Positions 59,751 to 64,000 of a stretch of DNA of 64,000 bases are shown here, piece by piece. The notes beneath the pieces are model-generated. The model saw nothing but the letters and a program-made list of their open reading frames with translations, had not been told where the DNA came from and did no database searches. The first letter of the stretch is position 1; each line of letters opens with the position of its first letter. Source of the DNA: Patescibacteria group bacterium (lineage in GTDB: Bacteria > Patescibacteriota > Minisyncoccia > Phycocordibacterales > PALSA-1337); contig JAGXAG010000002.1 in the NCBI GenBank assembly GCA_018971685.1, positions 66,276 to 130,275 of the forward strand, written 5' to 3'. A program made the translations under genes and the position numbers.

Positions 59751-60668
59751 ATGAGCAATGAAAATATAAAATTTGCGTTTTTCGGATCTTCGAGATTTTC
59801 TGTAATTGTGCTCGATGAATTGGAAATGGCCGGATTTGTACCAGAATGCGTAGTCACCGTGCCAGACAAGCCGACCGGAAGGAAAATGAAAATTACGCCG
59901 ACGGAAGTGAAAAAATGGGCGCAAAAGAGGAACATAAAAATTTATGCTCCGGAAAGATTGAGCATCGCAAAAGACGGCAGCCGACCCAATGGCAAAGCGG
60001 CGCAAAATGCGGCCGGTGAATTTTCCGAAGAATTGGCAAAAGAAAATTGCGAGGTTTTCATCGTGGCGTCTTACGGAAAAATCATCCCAAGCAACATCAT
60101 AAAAATTCCGCCCAGAAGGACGCTGAATGTGCATCCTTCCCTTTTGCCGAAATACCGCGGCGCGTCGCCTTTGCAATCGGTAATAATCGCTGATGACAAA
60201 AATACCGGCGTAACCGTTATTGAAATCGACGAGCAAATGGACCATGGACCGATCGTGGCACAAGAGAAAATATCGATAAATGAATGGCTACCATACGAAG
60301 AATTCGAAGAGAAAATGGCGCGCGCCGGCGGGGTATTGCTGTCAAGAATATTGCCCGACTGGATCGCCGGCAATATTGCCGCGGTCGAGCAAGATCATTT
60401 CGCGGCCACTTATACGAAAAAGATAGCCAAAGAAGACGGATTGATCGACTTGAACGGCGATCCTTATCTCAATTTCAGGAAAATCCAAGCTTACCATGAA
60501 TGGCCTCAAACCTATTTCTTCGCGGAAAAAGGCGACAGAAAGATCCGCGTCAAAGTGGCGCGCGCTTCATTCAAGGACGGAAAACTGTTTATCGAGGCGG
60601 TAGTGCCTGAAGGCCGGAAAGAGATGCCTTATTGTAGTTTTCGCCAATCGTTTGGATCCGGTTATTGA
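59751..60668 (+). CDS. fmt: Methionyl-tRNA formyltransferase
   Basis: NVHPSLLPKYRGASP, MDHGP. Confidence 0.95.
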   Translation: MSNENIKFAFFGSSRFSVIVLDELEMAGFVPECVVTVPDKPTGRKMKITPTEVKKWAQKRNIKIYAPERLSIAKDGSRPNGKAAQNAAGEFSEELAKENCEVFIVASYGKIIPSNIIKIPPRRTLNVHPSLLPKYRGASPLQSVIIADDKNTGVTVIEIDEQMDHGPIVAQEKISINEWLPYEEFEEKMARAGGVLLSRILPDWIAGNIAAVEQDHFAATYTKKIAKEDGLIDLNGDPYLNFRKIQAYHEWPQTYFFAEKGDRKIRVKVARASFKDGKLFIEAVVPEGRKEMPYCSFRQSFGSGY

Positions 60669-60777
60669 GATAATAAATGACAACCCAGAAACACAACACG
60701 CCCATAAAGGCTATACAGATCCATTGATTGACCGGCTCTTTTATCGCCGCTAAGCTGAAGAAAGACTCTTTTGGCAT
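60589..60777 (-). CDS. Possible small membrane protein
   Basis: One TM segment; co-oriented with hpf; overlaps the fmt 3' end. Confidence 0.4.
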   Translation of the reverse strand: MPKESFFSLAAIKEPVNQWICIAFMGVLCFWVVIYYLNNRIQTIGENYNKASLSGLQALPPR

Positions 60778-60856
60778 TGAATTACGGAAAAATAAAAAAC
60801 AGATGTTAAAAAGTGAAGTTATTCAATAAAATCTTACACTCATACATTTTAACTTT

Positions 60857-61225
60857 TTATCTCCACGGCCACAAGCCTTTCACCATGGATTTGACCCTGG
60901 CACCACCGCGGCGGATGAGGGAGATGCGTTTCTCTTTTTTTGCTTTCAATTCGCGTAATATTTCGTCGCGCGCGTCGTCTATGGCGGCGTAAAGATCCGC
61001 TTTGTTGGAAACGGCATAAAGGTTTTTGCCTGAACCGACGATGTGTATTTCCGCCTTGAATATGTCGCCTTTCTGATGATGTTCAGTCGTTTTGGCGAGT
61101 TCCATGTCGCACCGTATCGATGGATCTCGGCCGAGCATGGCGGTTATTTTCTTTAGTCTTTTATTGGCATAATCCGATATTGCCGGAGACAAAGCGATAT
61201 TTGTGCTCTTTATGTTTGTGTTCAT
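60857..61225 (-). CDS. hpf: Ribosome hibernation promoting factor (RaiA/HPF)
   Basis: NIALSPAISDYANKRL, DLYAAID. Confidence 0.9.
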   Translation of the reverse strand: MNTNIKSTNIALSPAISDYANKRLKKITAMLGRDPSIRCDMELAKTTEHHQKGDIFKAEIHIVGSGKNLYAVSNKADLYAAIDDARDEILRELKAKKEKRISLIRRGGARVKSMVKGLWPWR

Positions 61226-61267
61226 GGTTTTATATTAAATTATAATTCGTAAATATTCCTAAATCTG

Positions 61268-61834
61268 TCATTTTCCATACTTTCCCACCAGCTCTCCGTC
61301 CGCCAAAATATGTCCAGCCATCACTTTATACACTTCGTCTTTTGTCGCACCTTCCGATAGCGATAACATTATATCAAGAGCGTAAACTTTGAAATAGTAC
61401 CGGTGAATGCCACTTGGCGGACACGGTCCGACATAAGTCAGATTGTCACCGCTGCCTTTGCCGTGAATGCCCGCCGGCTCTTCGTCCTCGCCTATGGCAG
61501 CTGTTTTCGGGTTAATATTGAAGACAATCCAGTGGTCCCAAGTACCCATGGGCGCATCGGGATCTTCCATAATAAGTGTTAGAGACTTGGCACTATCAGG
61601 CACGCCGGTAATAGACAGCGGTGGGCTGATGTTTTTGCCTTTGCAAGTATACACTTCCGGAATCGATCCGCCGTTATGGAAAGCGGCGCTGGTTATTTTT
61701 AATGCGGTAGACATTGTTCTTATAACACTGACATTGTCTGAGTTACTTAAATATACGAGCCATGTGCACGCCGCGATGCACAAAATAAAAACTCCGGACA
61801 CAATCGCGGCAGTTTTTGCGGTTTGAATGCTCAT
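61268..61834 (-). CDS. YbhB/YbcL-family Raf kinase inhibitor-like protein
   Basis: NISPPL, DPDAP, WDHW, GPCPPSGIHRYYF. Confidence 0.92.
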   Translation of the reverse strand: MSIQTAKTAAIVSGVFILCIAACTWLVYLSNSDNVSVIRTMSTALKITSAAFHNGGSIPEVYTCKGKNISPPLSITGVPDSAKSLTLIMEDPDAPMGTWDHWIVFNINPKTAAIGEDEEPAGIHGKGSGDNLTYVGPCPPSGIHRYYFKVYALDIMLSLSEGATKDEVYKVMAGHILADGELVGKYGK

Positions 61835-61881
61835 GCATATTATGATACATTAGTTTGCATAGTCCATTGAGGAAATAATAT

Positions 61882-61953
61882 TCCGGAGTAGCTCAGCGGT
61901 AGAGCAGTCGCCTGTTAAGCGATTGGTCGCTGGTTCGAATCCAGCCTCCGGAG
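61882..61953 (+). tRNA. tRNA-Asn(GTT)
   Basis: TCCGGAG/CTCCGGA acceptor, loop CTGTTAA, GGTTCGAATCC. Confidence 0.94.
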
Positions 61954-63582
61954 CCCTAGTGACGAAACAGGCACAGAAAGCCTGTTTTGTTTTGTCAGCA
62001 TTGGCTTTTCGGAGGTTCGAGCGCGCTCGATTTCTCTTTCGATGGCATCGCGCGCTTTTATGAGGCTCAAAAAGAAAGAACTGTACGTAATCGTCAGTTT
62101 TTTGCCGGAAATGATGAGGTTCGAGCCGAGGCATGCCAATATCGCTCTTTTGATGTTTTCGTCCCCGTTTTCAAACCAAATATGGGCGTAGCAGGCAAAG
62201 TCAAAGGTTGCCTCGGAAAGCTCGGCCCATTGTTCTACAGCTTTGTTTTTGACCTTCAATTCGTCCTCTAGGATGCCTTTGCGTTTGAGCAGGTCTGATT
62301 TCAACGTCTGGTATTCCTGGTCGCTTATAAGACTTCGATCTTTATTCCCAGGTGCGGTGAAGTTGAGGGTTAATGACTGAAGCTGTTGGGTTACTTCCTC
62401 GCACTCTTTGTGCTTGGTCTTGAGCGCTATGGAATCGCTCTCAGCCTCATTCTTGCGTATCTCGTGAATATGTTTGACCGCCCAGTCGCGGTATTCTTCG
62501 GAAATCTTTATGTCTTTTAGTATGCCTTTGATCTGTAGGTGTAGATTCTTAACCTCAAGGTGCCTCTCGGTGCACGGCGTGTCATATTTCTTTTTCGTGC
62601 AATTGTAGTAAATGTAATGATGGACATTGCCATTCTTGCAATGTTTTTCCTTGGCCTGCGCCGTGATCCGGCAACCGCAGGTGCCGCACCTCATAAGGCC
62701 AGTAAAGGCGAATAGTCTTTCCTGTGACAGCTTGTGCGGACGAGGCTGGCTAGTCCGGCCCATGATCTTTTGGACCTTGTCGAATTCGTCTTTGGTGATC
62801 ATCGGCTCATGTGCTCCCTTATGCCAGTTACCGCTATGCAAAGGAAATTCAAACCAGCCGTAATAAAAGGGATTGCTTAAAAGCGCGTAGACGCCGGACC
62901 GGGACAGATGATGGCCGCCAATAGCACGGCGTGGCACGGTCTTCAGATTCAATTCTTTCCTTGAAATATTCCAGATCTGAACGATTGAATAGTTGCCGGT
63001 AAGGATAAGGTCAAAGAGTCTGCGAACCAACGGGAATCGCTCGGGATCTGTTTCAAGCGTCTTATAACCCTTCTCTTTGTTGGGAGTATTCAGATATCCG
63101 ATCGGCGCGCCGCTTGGCATCCAGCCGTCGCGGACCTTCTTTTGCAAACCTCTTTTTACGTTGACCGAAAGGTCCCGGATGAATTGATTAGCCATGCCCA
63201 GTTCGACCTGCATCATGAGCACATTGTCTGTCGGATAATATGTTCGGCCGAAGGTGACGATTTGAGAAATGGCACTCTGCTGTAGCATCCAGCTTATCTG
63301 ACCACCATCAACCGGATTGCGTGCCAAGCGGTCCAACTTCCAGCACAAGATTCCGTTCGCCTCACCCTTATAGATTCGTTCAAGCATGGAGTTGAAAACC
63401 TTTCTGCCCGGCTTCTTGGCCGACTGTGATTCTTCGAGAATATCCACGACTTTCAAGCCTTGGTCCTTGGCAATCTTCAAAAGCTCGTCTTTCTGGGCAT
63501 CAATAGACGCCGCCTGACGATCTTCCGCCTCGCTCGATTTTCGGGCGTAGAGGATGTATTTAGTTGCTTGTGTGTTATTCAT
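61915..63582 (-). CDS. Large serine recombinase (resolvase, recombinase, zinc ribbon, coiled coil)
   Basis: YARKSS catalytic Ser, WKLDRLARN, NPFYYG, HEPMIT, CGTCG; 3' end overlaps tRNA-Asn. Confidence 0.93.
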   Translation of the reverse strand: MNNTQATKYILYARKSSEAEDRQAASIDAQKDELLKIAKDQGLKVVDILEESQSAKKPGRKVFNSMLERIYKGEANGILCWKLDRLARNPVDGGQISWMLQQSAISQIVTFGRTYYPTDNVLMMQVELGMANQFIRDLSVNVKRGLQKKVRDGWMPSGAPIGYLNTPNKEKGYKTLETDPERFPLVRRLFDLILTGNYSIVQIWNISRKELNLKTVPRRAIGGHHLSRSGVYALLSNPFYYGWFEFPLHSGNWHKGAHEPMITKDEFDKVQKIMGRTSQPRPHKLSQERLFAFTGLMRCGTCGCRITAQAKEKHCKNGNVHHYIYYNCTKKKYDTPCTERHLEVKNLHLQIKGILKDIKISEEYRDWAVKHIHEIRKNEAESDSIALKTKHKECEEVTQQLQSLTLNFTAPGNKDRSLISDQEYQTLKSDLLKRKGILEDELKVKNKAVEQWAELSEATFDFACYAHIWFENGDENIKRAILACLGSNLIISGKKLTITYSSFFLSLIKARDAIEREIERARTSEKPMLTKQNRLSVPVSSLGLRRLDSNQRPIA

Positions 63583-63717
63583 AAAATTTACCTTTACGTA
63601 TGGATTCTGTGCTACCCTTGACTATATACTATTATGGTGATATAATGGAGCGGTAGACAGTCAGGTTAGCCGTTCCGGCCTAACCCCTTCAAAACCAAAC
63701 CAAGAAAGGATTAGCAC

Positions 63718-64000
63718 ATGAAAAAGAGTATCCTGTTCGGATTGATGCTGGTTGGCATCGCCGTCCTTATGGCCGGTTGCGCTGCGGGACACAATCCCTC
63801 GGTTCACACGGCTAACGAAGTCGGCAACGTCGCCGGTTTCTGGCGTGGCCTTTGGCACGGCATGATCTGCCCAATCACGTTTATCATCTCGCTGTTTTCG
63901 GATAACGTAAGCATTTACGAAATCCACAACAATGGCGGATGGTATAACTTCGGCTTCCTGCTCGGTGCCGGCTCTGCCCTTGGCGGTAGCGGCGCGAGCG
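63718..64000 (+). CDS. Hypothetical membrane lipoprotein (runs off window; not in ORF track)
   Basis: AAGGA RBS; MKKSILFGLMLVGIAVLMAGC lipobox; AGFWRGLWHGMI...IYEIHNNGGWYNFGFLLG. Confidence 0.75.
   Translation, partial: MKKSILFGLMLVGIAVLMAGCAAGHNPSVHTANEVGNVAGFWRGLWHGMICPITFIISLFSDNVSIYEIHNNGGWYNFGFLLGAGSALGGSGAS

Noticed and set aside
63661-63927. 88-aa minus-strand ORF
   Set aside because: Shadow of the + strand lipoprotein gene starting at 63718, which has an RBS and lipobox.

Overview
This 64 kb window is mostly core chromosome, most likely from a Patescibacteria (CPR) Parcubacteria-like bacterium. That assignment is an inference from the short IF-2, degenerate PriA and HolB, presence of rplI, compact gene order, standard stop-codon use and widespread leaderless-type starts. 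It carries replication/repair genes (topA, dnaB, recR, priA, holB-like, scpA/B, rmuC), translation genes (infA/B, rbfA, the alpha operon, cysS, gltX, trpS, def, fmt, hpf), chaperones (grpE, dnaK, dnaJ, groES/EL), cell-wall genes, five tRNAs, two toxin-antitoxin pairs, a damaged IS3 and a large serine recombinase overlapping tRNA-Asn. The most striking unexplained signal is a set of short GC-rich palindromic elements. They occur between genes and also in-frame inside housekeeping genes (topA, pyrD, infB, gltX, probably recR), where they add foreign peptides, much like Rickettsia palindromic elements. Other highlights are three promoter-to-terminator structured small-RNA candidates, a perfect 29-bp inverted repeat between two tRNAs, a recombinase whose C-terminus is encoded by the antisense tRNA strand (with a likely relic at a second tRNA), and a diverged duplicate of the dnaK 3' end. 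All calls come from reading the sequence; no database searches were run.
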